A stretch of 64,000 bases of DNA from Pristiophorus japonicus (lineage: Eukaryota). The position numbers were made by a program, and so were the translations under genes. Below the pieces are notes generated by a model that did not search any database, had not been told where the DNA came from, and saw nothing but the letters and a program-made list of their open reading frames with translations. Below, piece by piece: positions 13,001 through 25,000 of this stretch (position 1 is the stretch's first letter; each line of letters opens with the position of its first letter). The stretch is from NCBI RefSeq assembly GCF_044704955.1, contig NC_091995.1:1178001-1242000 (forward strand), written 5' to 3'.

Positions 13001-16000
13001 GGCTGGAGGAGGTTACAGAGATAGGGAGGGTTGTAGTGCTGGAGGAGGTTACACCGATAGGGAGGGTTGTAGGGCTGGAGGAGGTTACAGGGATAGGGAG
13101 GGGCGAGGCCACGGAGGGACTGAACGATCCCCAGCCTGTTCCGTGCTCCGGGACGGAGAAACAATAGAACCACCTGTGCAACCATCGTCTCCCTGTCCGC
13201 TCTGCAGACTCCTGGTCAGAACCGAGGGCTCGCTGTGCTGCCGTGGTCCGATGAAAGAGCGCGCGACAAAGCAAAGCAAGCGCTCTACTCGGAACTCCTA
13301 TACGGCAAGCTATCCCCAGATGGGTAGAGGAAACGTTTCAAGGACACCCTCAAAGTCTCCCTGATAAAGTGCAACATCCCCACCGACGACCTCGGGACGT
13401 CCCAAACAAGCATTGAAGTACTTTCGAAGTGCAGGCCCTGTTGAAATTGTGCACAGCAAGCTCCCACAAACAGCAAAGTGATAATGACCAGATAATCTGT
13501 TCGTTATTTAATGATGTTAATTGAGGGATAAACATTGGCCCCAGGACACTGGGGATAACTTCCCTGCTCTTCTACAAAATAGTGCCACGGGGTCTTTTAC
13601 GTCCACTTGAGAAAGGTTTAACATCTCATCTGAAAGACAGCACCTCCGACAGTGCGGCACACCCTCAGTCCTGCCCCTCCGACAGTGCGCCGCTCCCTCA
13701 GCACTGCCCCTTCGACAGTGCGGCACTCCCTCAGTACCACCCCTCCAACAGTGCGGCGCTCCCTCAGCACTCCCTCAGCACTGCCCCTCTGACAGTACGA
13801 CTCTCCCTCAGTACTGCCCCTCCGACAGTGCAACACTCCCTCAGTACTGCCCCTCCGACAGTGCAACACTCCCTCAGTACTGCCCCTCCGACAGTGCGAC
13901 ACTCCCTCAGTACTGCCCCTGCGACAGTGCGCCGCTCCTTCAGCACTGCACTGGGAGTGTCAGCCTAGGTTTATGTACTCAAGTCCCTGGAGTGTGGGAC
14001 TTGAACCCACAACCAGCGGCGAGGGTGCTGCCCACTGAGCCACTGCAGAACAGAAAGCACTTATAGACTAATCGGCAAAGCAGTTTAAAGCGCATGCGAG
14101 TGAGGTGATTACCTTTGGCAGCAAGTAACCAGCATAACAGTTTCAGTATTCCGTACAGGATAAAGGCACAAATAAACATCCCAATCGCATCTTCGATGGT
14201 AGGACCAGCAGCTCCTGCAGGGAGATGGAGAAACCCTGTTACTGACCTTTTGGTCCCGGCACTTGTGCCCGTCAGCTATATCCTAATCTTAACATAAGAA
14301 CATCAGAAATAGGAGCAGGAGTCGGCCATACGGCCCCTCGAGCCTGCTCCGCCATTTAATACCATCATGGCTGATCCAATCATAGACTCAGCTTCACTTC
14401 TCTGCCCACTCCCCATAACCTCTTAATCCCTTATCAGTTACAAAACTGTCTATTTCTGTCTTAAATTTATTCAATGTCCCAGCTTCCACAGCTCTCAGAC
14501 AGCGAATTCTACAGATTTACAACTCTCGGAGAGAATTTCTTCTCATCTCAGTTTTAAATGGGCGGCCTCTTATTCTAAGATTATGCCCCCTAGTTCTAGT
14601 CTCCCCCATCAGTGGAAACATCCTCTCTGCATCCAACTTGTCAAGCCCCCTCATAATCTTGTAACTTTTCAGCAAGAATCCTCCTGGGTCCAGAACCCGA
14701 TTTGGAGAGTCTCGCCATTGTCAGTGTCAGCATTGCCTTTTAACAGATTTTTGAACGATAGGAGAGTTGAAGGTTATGGTGAGCGGGCACGGAAGTAGAG
14801 TTGAGGCCAAGATCAGATCAGCCATGATCTTATTGAATGATGGAGCAGGCTCGAGGGGCCAAATGGCCAATTCCTGCTCCTATGGCTTTTGTTCCCGTGT
14901 CCCGTGATGCCAGGTGTGGATGTATCGGGGTAGGTCTGGGGGCCAATTTGCATGTCATCCGCTCCTTACAGAATCAGCTGCTTCTCAGAGTAACACCCCT
15001 CGAACTAATCATCCACTCGGCCAAAATCCACACTCTGCCCAGCAATCAGCTCCCAGATAGGCAGGGGTGTAGGGGCGGGAGGAGGTTACAGAGAGATAGG
15101 GAGAGTGTAGGGGCTGGAGGAGGTTACAGAGAGATAGGGAGTGGTGTAGGGCTGGAGGAGGTTACAGAGATAGGGAGGGGTGTAGGGGCTGGAGGAGGTT
15201 ACAGAGATAGGGAGGGGTGTAGCGGCTGGAGGAGGTTACAGAGATAGGGAGAGGTGTAGGGCTGGAGGAGGTTACAGAGATAGGGAGGGGTGTAGGGGAT
15301 GGAGGAGGTTACAGAGATAGGGAGGGGTGTAGGGGCTGGAGGAGGTTACAGAGATAGGGAGGGGTGTAGGGCTGGTGGAGATTACAGAGATAGGGAGGGG
15401 TGTAGGGGCTGGAGGAGGTTACAGAGATAGGGAGGGGTGTAGGGGCTGGAGGAGGTTACAGAGATATGGAGGGGTGTAGGGCTGGAAGAGGTTACAGAGA
15501 TAGGGAGGGATATAGGGGCTGGAGGAGGTTACAGAGATATGGGGGGATGTAGGGGCTGGTGGAGGTTACAGAGATAGGGAGGGGTGTAGGGCTGGGAGGG
15601 TTTGCAGAGATAGGGAGAGGTGTAGGGCTGGAGGAGGTTACAGAGATAGGGAGGGGTGTATGGCTGGAGGAGGTTACAGAGATTGGGAGAGTTGAACGGC
15701 TGGAGGAGGTTACAGAGATAGGGAGGAGTGTAGGGGCTGGAGGAGGTTACAGAGATAGGGAGAGGTGTAGGGCTGGAGGAGGTTACAGAGATAGGGAGGG
15801 GTGTAGGGGATGGAGGAGGTTACAGAGATAGGGAGGGGTGTAGGGGCTGGAGGAGGTTACAGAGATAGGGAGGGGTGTAGGGCTGGTGGAGATTACAGAG
15901 ATAGGGAGGGGTGTAGGGGCTGGAGGAGGTTACAGAGATAGGGAGGGGTGTAGGGGCTGGAGGAGGTTACAGAGATATGGAGGGGTGTAGGGCTGGAAGA

Positions 16001-19000
16001 GGTTACAGAGATAGGGAGGGATATAGGGGCTGGAGGAGGTTACAGAGATATGGAGGGATGTAGGGGCTGGTGGAGGTTACAGAGATAGGGAGGGGTGTAG
16101 GGCTGGGGGGGTTTGCAGAGATAGGGAGGGGTGTAGGGCTGGAGGAGGTTACAGAGATAGGGAGGGGTGTATGGCTGGAGGAGGTTACAGAGATTGGGAG
16201 GGGTGAAGGGCTGGAGGAGGTTGCAGAGATAGGGAGGGGTGTAGGGCTGGAGGAGGTTACAGAGATAGGGAGCGGTGTAGGGGCTGGAGGAGGTTACAGA
16301 GATAGGAAGGTGTGTAGGGCTGGAGGGGGTTGCAGAGATAGGGAGGGGTGTAGGGCTGGAGGGGGTTACAGAGATAGGGAGGGGTGTAGGGCTGGAGGGG
16401 GTTGCAGAGATAGGGAGGGGTGTAGGGCTGGAGGGGGTTACAGAGATAGGGAGGGGTGTATGGGCTGGAGGGGGTTACAGAGATAGGGAGGGGTGTAGTG
16501 GCTGGAGGGGGTTGCAGAGATAGGGAGGGGTGTAGGGCTGGAGGGGGTTACAGAGATAGGGAGTGGTGTAGGGCTGGAGGGGGTTACAGAGATAGGGAGG
16601 GGTGTAGGGGCTGGAGGGGGTTGCAGAGATAGGGAGGGGTGTAGGGGCTGGAGGGGGTTGCAGAGATAGGGAGGGGTGTAGGGGCTGGAGGGGGTTGCAG
16701 AGATAGGGAGGGGTGTAGGGGGCTGGAGGAGGTTACAGAGATAGGGAGGGGTGTAGGGGCTGGAGGGGGTTGCAGAGATAGGGAGGAGGCCGTCCCATTG
16801 AAACACTCCTGTTATATGTGGCTGGAATGCACACAGCCGCAGCTAATAGTATTTTTAACAGGGTGATCCCGTTATTAACAGGGGTCCTTATCAAATCACA
16901 GAATGATGGCTGCTGAGGGCACAGAAGGCCTTTCAGCTCATCATGTCCATGCTAGATATTGCGATTCGCTTTAATCAGGGTGCCAGAGGCAAGGCCTCCT
17001 GTTTAAACTGCTGCAATGTACAAAATGCTCGTCACCAGATTGGGTCAATAAGCTGAGGCGGGGTGGGGGGAGCGTGGGGTGGGCGAATCCCCTCACGAGC
17101 CCGCGCCCCCAATGCCGAGACTCTCAGGGCAGGCATACGATGGAATATCGAAGCCTGATTGGCAGCGGCTAATCTGCACATAGACCGGTGACGTGGGTCC
17201 TCGGGTCTTGACCACGGACTCTGTAGTTCAAATCGAGTCCAGGTCAACCACTCGTTCAAGCACTCAGTGTGTTACCTCCTGTTTCACCTTTCCGGCCACA
17301 TATCCACAGCATAACTAAGACCGCCTATTTCCACCTCCTGGAATATCGCCCAGCTCCGCCCCTGCCTCAGCTCATTCGCTGTTGAAACCCTCATCCATGC
17401 TTTTGTTACCTGTAGACTTGAGTATTCCAACGCACTCCTGGCTGGCCTCCCACATTCTACCCTCCGTAAATAGAGGTGATCCAAAACTCGGCTGCCCCTT
17501 GTCCTAACTCACACCGAGTCCCGCTCACCCATCACCCTCTGTGCTCCCCGACCCTCATTGGCTCCCGGTTAAGCAACGCCTCGATTTCAAAATTCTCCAT
17601 CCTAGTTTACAAACCCCTCCATGGCCCTCACCCCACCCTATCTCTGTAACCTCCTCCAGCCCCACAACTGCGCCCCCCCCCCCCCCCCACTCCGAGATAT
17701 CTGCGCTCCTCTAATTCTGCCCTCCTGAGCATCCCTGATTATAATCGCTCATATGAACATAAGAAATAGGAGCAGGAGTAGGCCATACGGCCCCTCGAGC
17801 CTGCTCCGTCATTTAATACGATCATGGCTGATCCGATCATGGACTCAGCTCCACTTCCCTGCCCGCTCCCTTATCCCCTTATTCCCTTATCGGATAAGAA
17901 ACTGTCTATCTCTGTCTTAAATTTATTCAATGTCCCGGCTTCCACAGCTCTCTGAGGCAGTGAATTCCACAGATTTACAACCCTCTGAGAGAAGAAATTC
18001 CTCCTCATCTCAGTTTTAAATGGGCGGCCCCTTATTCTAAGACCATGCCCCCTAGTTCTAGTCTCCCCCATCAGTGGAAACATCCTCTCTGCATCCACCT
18101 TGTCAAGCCCCCTCATAATCTTATATGTTTCGATAAGGTCACCTCTCATTCTTCTGAATTCCAATGAGTAGAGGCCCAACCTCCTCAACCTTTCCTCATA
18201 AGTCAACCCCCTCATCCCCGGAATCAACCGGGTGAACCTTCTCTGAACTGCCTCCAAAACAAGAATATCCTTTCGCACCTCGAGTCTCAACGCTGAGAGC
18301 ATGCAGAAATCAAGCGTAGGCAGCGGAAAGAGTGTGTGGCAAACCAGTCCCACCCTCCCCTTCCCTCAACAACTATCTGTCCCACCTGTGACAGAGACTG
18401 TGGTTCTCGTATTGGACTGTTCAGCCACCAAAGAACTCACTTCAGGAGTGGAAGCAAGTCTTCCTCGATTCCGAGGGACTGCCTACGATGATGATCCTTT
18501 CGTAAACCATCGGTGGCCGTGCCTTCAGCTGCCTGGGCTGCAAGCTCTCCCTCCCTCAACCTCTTCGTCTCTCTGTCTCTTTCCTCCTTCAAGATGCTCC
18601 TTAAAACCTCCCTGTTTGACCAAGCTTTTGGTCATCTGCGCTAATTTCTCCTTAAAAGGCTCGGTGTCAAATTTTTATCTCCTGTGAAGCGCCTTGGGAC
18701 GTTTCGCTGCGTTAAAGGTGCTATATAAATACAGGTTGTTGTTGTCGTTACCTGCCACCTTCAGAGTGACACTCTTCCTGACCGCTGACTGCACAGACAC
18801 GTGGTCGGCGTGGCAGGTGTAGACCGTGTCGTGGTCGCCCGGCCCGGATCTGATGGTGATGTAGCTCGTGGTGTTGTATGTGCCTGTGGGGTTCCTGCGG
18901 TGGCCACTCAGCCAGCTCTTGGTGATTTGTTCCGCGCTGCTGTTGCCGGCCGTCTTTCTGATCCACGTGACGATGACGTCCAGGGGGTAGTAGTCACTGA

Positions 19001-22000
19001 CCTCGCACAGCAGCGTCTGTTCCTGGCCGGGTGTCAGGTACAGGGGATCGGGGCTCAGTGAGAGTCTGGGCGGCTCTGTCAACACAAATTACATCATCTA
19101 ATAACCAGCGCCTTCCGCGCACGCAAGCTGCACACCGATATCTATCACCCCGCAGCTGGCAAGTACTGGCTCGGGGTAGCACTCTTGTCTCTGCTTCGGA
19201 AGGTTGTGGGTTCAAGTCCCACGAGTGAGAGTATGAGAGTATGAGAGTGTGAGAGTATGAGTGTATGAGAGAGTGAGAGAGTGAGTGTGTGAGAGTGAGT
19301 GTGAGAGAGTGAGTGTGAGAGAGTGAGTNNNNNNNNNNNNNNNNNNNNNNNNNNNNNNNNNNNNNNNNNNNNNNNNNNNNNNNNNNNNNNNNNNNNNNNN
19401 NNNNNNNNNNNNNNNNNNNNNNNNNNNNNNNNNNNNNNNNNNNNNNNNNNNNNNNNNNNNNNNNNNNNNNTAAGGGGAGGGGTGTATGGGGGACTGAGGG
19501 GAGGGGTGTATGGGGGACTGAGGGGAGGGGTGTATCAGCGAGGAGGCACAGAGGTGTATGGGACTGGGGGAGGGGTGTATCAGGGACTGAGGGGAGGGGT
19601 GTATTGGGGAGGGGGTGATGGGCGAATGGGACTAAGGGGAGGGGTGCATCAGGGAGGGGGCACAGGGGGAATTAGGACTGAGGGGAGGAGAATGGGTGGA
19701 GGTGGATACTCTTGTTGAGAACCAGCACGGGCACAAGGGGTCAAAGGGACTCCTTTTTGTGCTGCCTGAATCCACGGACTGTGATACACTCACCGTACCA
19801 CAGCAAGTTAATGCCCTGTACCTGGGCGGTGAATGATGAATGGGTGCGAGAGTCAGGTACTGAAGGCAAGGAGCACGCTCAGCACTGTACCCCAGCAGAG
19901 GGCAACACCTTCAGGGGGCAATGGGGCCAACAGACAGGCCAACATATGAACCTAAGAACATAAGAAATAGGAGCAGGAGTAGGCCATTCGTCCCCTCGAG
20001 CCTGCTCCGCCATTCAATAAGACCATGGCTGATCCGATCATGGACTCAGCTCCACTTCCCTGCCTGCTCCCCTTATCGTTTAAGAAACTGTCTATCTCTG
20101 TCTTAAATCTATTCAATGTCCCATTCCACAGCTCCCTGAGGCAGTGCATTCCACAGATTTACAACCCTCAGAGAAGAAATTTCTCCTCTTCTCAGTTTGA
20201 AATGGGCGGCCCCTTATTCTAAGATCTTGCCCCCTAGTTCTAGTCTCCCCCATCAGTGGAAACATCCTCTCTGCATCCACCTTGTCAAGCCCCCTCATAA
20301 TCTTATACGTTTCGATAAGATCACCTCCCGTTCTTCTGAATTCCAATGAGTAGAAGCCCAACCTCCTCAACCTTTCCTCATAAGTCAACCCCCTCATCCC
20401 CGGAATCAACGAAGTGAACCTTCTCTGAACTGCCTCCAAAGCAAGTATATCCTTTCGTAAATATGGAAACCAAAACTGCACGCAGTATTCCAGTGGCCTC
20501 ACCAATACCCTGTATAACTGGAGCAAGACTTCCCTGCTTTTATACTCCATCCCCTTTGCAATAAAGGCCAAGAGACCATTGGCCTTCCAGAATGGCCTAA
20601 TGCTGCTCCTATTTTCTATGTTTCTAAATGATACTTTGTCCTTATGTTTTTCCGACCAAAGTGGATAACTTCACATTTATCCACGTTATACTGCATCTGC
20701 CACGTGTTTGCCCACTCACTCAACCTAAGTAAATCGCCTTGCAGCATCTTTGCATCCTCCTCACAACCCCACCTAGTTTTGTGTCATCGGCAAACTTGGA
20801 AATGTTACATTTGCTTCCCTCATCCAAATCATGAATACATGGTTTACCTGAGACCTCCAGGTCCACGGACTGCTGGGCGTGCAGGTTGGGCATGTAGATG
20901 GTACAGATATAGGTGCCCTCGTGTCGCATGCCGACGTCGCGGATCAGCAGAGAGGCGTTGCCGCGACTGTGGAGCTGGTAGAAAAACATCTCGGTGCCCT
21001 CCTGCGCCACATCCACCCGGTCCCGCGCCCCGTTGTAGGCATACACCAGGTGCCCGCTGCCCTTGAACTGGTAGCGCCACTCCACCGCAAAACCAGTCTT
21101 CCTGTCCATGGCAAAGTTGCAATCCAGCAGCAGGTCCTGCCCCAGCTTCGAGCGCATGGACGGGGTCCGGGTGAAAACATTCAGCACAACTGCGACAGGA
21201 GAAGGAATCACAGAAAGAAAGACTTGCATTTGTATAAGAACATAAAGAAACAGGAGCAGGAGCGGGCCATGCGGCCCCTCGAGCCTGCTCCTCCATTTAA
21301 TACCATCATGGCTGATCTAATCCATTGACTCAGCTCCACTTCCCTGCCCGCTCCCCATAACCCCTTATTCCCTTATCGGTTCAGAAACTGTCTATCTCTG
21401 TCTTAAATTTATTCAATGTCCCAGCTTCCAGAGCTCTCTGAGGCAGCGAATTCCACAGATTTACAACCCTCTGAGAAAAGAAATTCCTCCTCATCTCAGT
21501 TTTAAATGGGCGGCCCCTTATTCTAAGACTATGCCCCCTAGTTCTAGTCTCCCCCATCAGTGGAGACATCCTCTCTGCATCCACCTTGTCTGCATCCCAG
21601 GGTCTTAAGAGAAGTAGCGGCAGAAATTGTGGATGCATTGGTTGTAATTTACCAAAATTCCCTGGATTCTGGGGAGGACCCAGCAGATTGGAAAATTGCA
21701 AATGTAACGCCAATATTTAAAAAAGGAGGCAGACAAAAAGCAGGAAACTATTGACCAGTTAGCCTAACATCTGTGGTTGGGAAAATGTTGGAGTCCATTA
21801 TTAAAGAAGCAGTAACAGGACATTTGGAAAAGCAAAATTCGGTCAGGCAGAGTCAGCATGGATTTATGAAGGGGAAGTCATGTTTGACAAATTTTCTGGA
21901 ATTCTTTGAGGATGTAACGAACAGGGTGGATAAAAGGGAACCAGTGGATGTGGTGTATTTGGACTTCCAGAAGGCATTTGACAAGGTGCCACATAAAAGG

Positions 22001-25000
22001 TTACTGCACAAGATAAAAGTTCACGGGATTGGGGGTAATATATTAGCATGGATAGAGGATTGACTAACTAACAGAAAACAGAGCGTCGGGATAAATGGGT
22101 CATTCTCTGGTTGACAATCAGTAACTAGTGGGGTGCCGCAGGGATCAGTGCTGGGACCCCAACTATTTACAATCTATATTAACGATTTGAAAGAAAGGAC
22201 CGAGTGTAACGTAGCCAAGTTTGCTGACGATACAAAGATGGGAGGAAAAGCAATGTGTGAGGAGGACACAAAAAATCTGCAAAAGGACATAGACAGGCTA
22301 AGTGAGTGGCTGAGACTCGGTGAGAGATTGTGGTGGAGGTGCAGCGAGTGTTTTGTGGCACAGGAGCGGTGAGAGATCGTGGCGGAAGTGCGTTGAATGA
22401 GGGTACAGGGCCCAGAAGAGGCGAGGGCCCAGGGGCAGCACGGGCCCAGCCCATACTGCGATATGTGAGTGCACTGGGTCCGTGCAGCAGAGCAGGTCTC
22501 CAGCCGTCCTGGTTAACCCTTGCCACTGGATAAAGGCCGAGCTCTGTCAAGCCCGTGTGGTGGCTGATTTGTGACGGTCACCACACGTTAAAACAATCCA
22601 GGCTCAGGCATCTTCCACCCTTCAATTGGAGTTCAGGCCTGGAATATCGGGCCCTCCATTGAAACATCTGTGAACCCATGTGGAAGCAAGTCCTCCTGGT
22701 TCCAGGGACCGCCGATGATGAAGATGTTGCTGGTACCTGATGTTTGATGTGGGGAGCTGTCCTCCAGCCCACTGGGACCCGAGATGACCCGATGGATGCT
22801 GGCCACACTGAACAAACGGTCAAATGTGCGTAGGTGGCTGGCAAACCAGGTGCTCGAGTCGTAGGCAGGGGTCCTCTCGTCCTCAGTGAGGTGCGTGGCC
22901 CAGTTGACCTCCGTCTCTTGTGGGATGTACCTGTTGATCTCACAGTGCGGCTTCTCGGACGGATTCGGGGGCTTTTTGAAACCGGGGTGTGTGATGATTC
23001 TGGAGTAATCTATTTCAGAAAATAAAAAGGTGGAGAAAAGAAAACAAACTGCATGAAATAACTGGGTAATTCTTGTCAATCATTTGTCTGTTACATCACT
23101 GGAGAAATACCACCAACAATGTCTCCTGCAAATCCCCCGGGGGGACAGACGCACCAACGTTAGCGTCCTCACTCAGGCCAACATCCCCAGCATCGAAGCA
23201 CTGACCACACTCGACCAGCTCCGCTGGGCGGGCCACATTGTTCACATGCCCGACATGAGACTCCCAAAGCAAGCGCTCTACTCGGAACTCCTTCACGGCA
23301 AGCGAGCCCCAGGTGGGCAGAGGAAACGTTACAGGGACACCCTCAAAGCCTCCCTGATAAAGTGCGACACCCCCACCGACACCTGGGAGTCCCTGGCCAA
23401 AGACTGCCCTGAGTGGAGGAAGTGCATTCGGGAGGGCGCTGAGCACCTCGAGTCTCGTCGCCGAGAGCATGCAGAAACCAAGCACAGGCAGCGGAAGGAG
23501 CGTGCGGCAAACCAGTCCCACCCTCCCCTTCCCTCAACCTGTGGCAGGGACTGTGGTTCTCGTATTGGACTGTTCAGTCACCTGAGAACTCACTTTAAGA
23601 GTGGAAGCAAGAATTCCTCGATTCTGAGGGACTGCCTATGATGATGATATTATTGTGTGAGTATGTATGTGTGTGTAATTGTGTGTTATTATGTGAGTGT
23701 GTATGTGCGTATAATTGTGCATGTGTGTGTTACTATGTGTGTGTGCGTGTGTATATGTGTGTTGTGTGTGCGTGTGTAAGTGCGTATAATTGTGTATGTG
23801 TTTGTTATTATGTGTGAGTGCGTGTGTGTGTGCGTGCACACATACGTGTGAGGCTTAAGATAGAAACTGTAACATTGCACGAACGATTGCTTCGTTCAAT
23901 CTCTGGTTTATAAGAAATATTTTGTAGCCATTTAGCACACGGGTTATGGGAGCACCTTCACCACACGGACTGCAGCGGTTCGCAAGCGTGGCTCACCACC
24001 ACCTTCTCCAGCGCAGTCAGGGATGGGGCAATAAATGCCGGCCTTGCCAGCGATGCCCACATCCTGTGAACGAACGAAAGGAAAAAAATGCTGTGAAATC
24101 TCACCGAGAACATCCAGAAACAGGCTGAGCTTTGGATCCGAGGGCAGGGCCAGGTCCCGGGGCAATTCTGTCTCCTCCCCATTTCGGTACGCGACTTGGC
24201 GGAGCAACATCAAGGCCGGCTCCTGGACAATGGAGCTGGGGAAAGAGCTCTTCGCACCCCCTTCCTCCACAAACCAGCATTCCACCACCATGCCAAGGTC
24301 CAACAACCTATCCAGGCTGATCACTGTGTAGAGAAAGGGCTGATTCGTTACCCCGACACTGACGAACATAGTACATACAAACATAGAAAGTAGGAGCAGG
24401 AGTAGGCCATTCGGCCCTTCGAGCCTGCACCGCCATTCAATATGATCATGGCTGATCCTCTATTTCAACACCATATTCCCGCTTTCTCCCCATTCCCCTT
24501 GATGTCTTTTGTTTCTAGAAATCTATCTATCTCCCTCTTAAATATATTCAGTGCCTTCTGTGGTAGAGAATTCCACAGGTTCACCACCCTCTGAGTGAAA
24601 ACATTTCTCCTCAACTCGGTCCTAAATTTCCTGCCCCGTATCCTGAGACTGTGACCCCTTGTTCTAGACTTCCCAGCCCGGGGGAAACATCCTCCCCGCA
24701 TCCAGTCTGTCCAACCCCGTCAGAATTTTATACGTTTCAATGAGATCCCCTCTCATTCTTCTAAACTCTAGTGAATACAGGCCCAGTCGACCCAATCTCT
24801 CCTCATACCACAGTCCTGCCATCCCAGGAATCAGTCTGGTGAACCTTCGCTGCACTCCCTCTGTGGCAAGTATATCCTTTCTTAGGTAAGGAGACCAAAA
24901 CTGCACACAATACTCCAGGTGTGGTCTCACCAAGGCCCTGTATAACTGTAGTGAGACATCCTTGCTCCTGTACTCAAATCCTTTTGCAATGAAGGCCAAC

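Noticed and set aside
19165-19225. tRNA gene
   Set aside because: Only a degenerate A/B-box SINE head (GGTTCAAGTCC); no cloverleaf.
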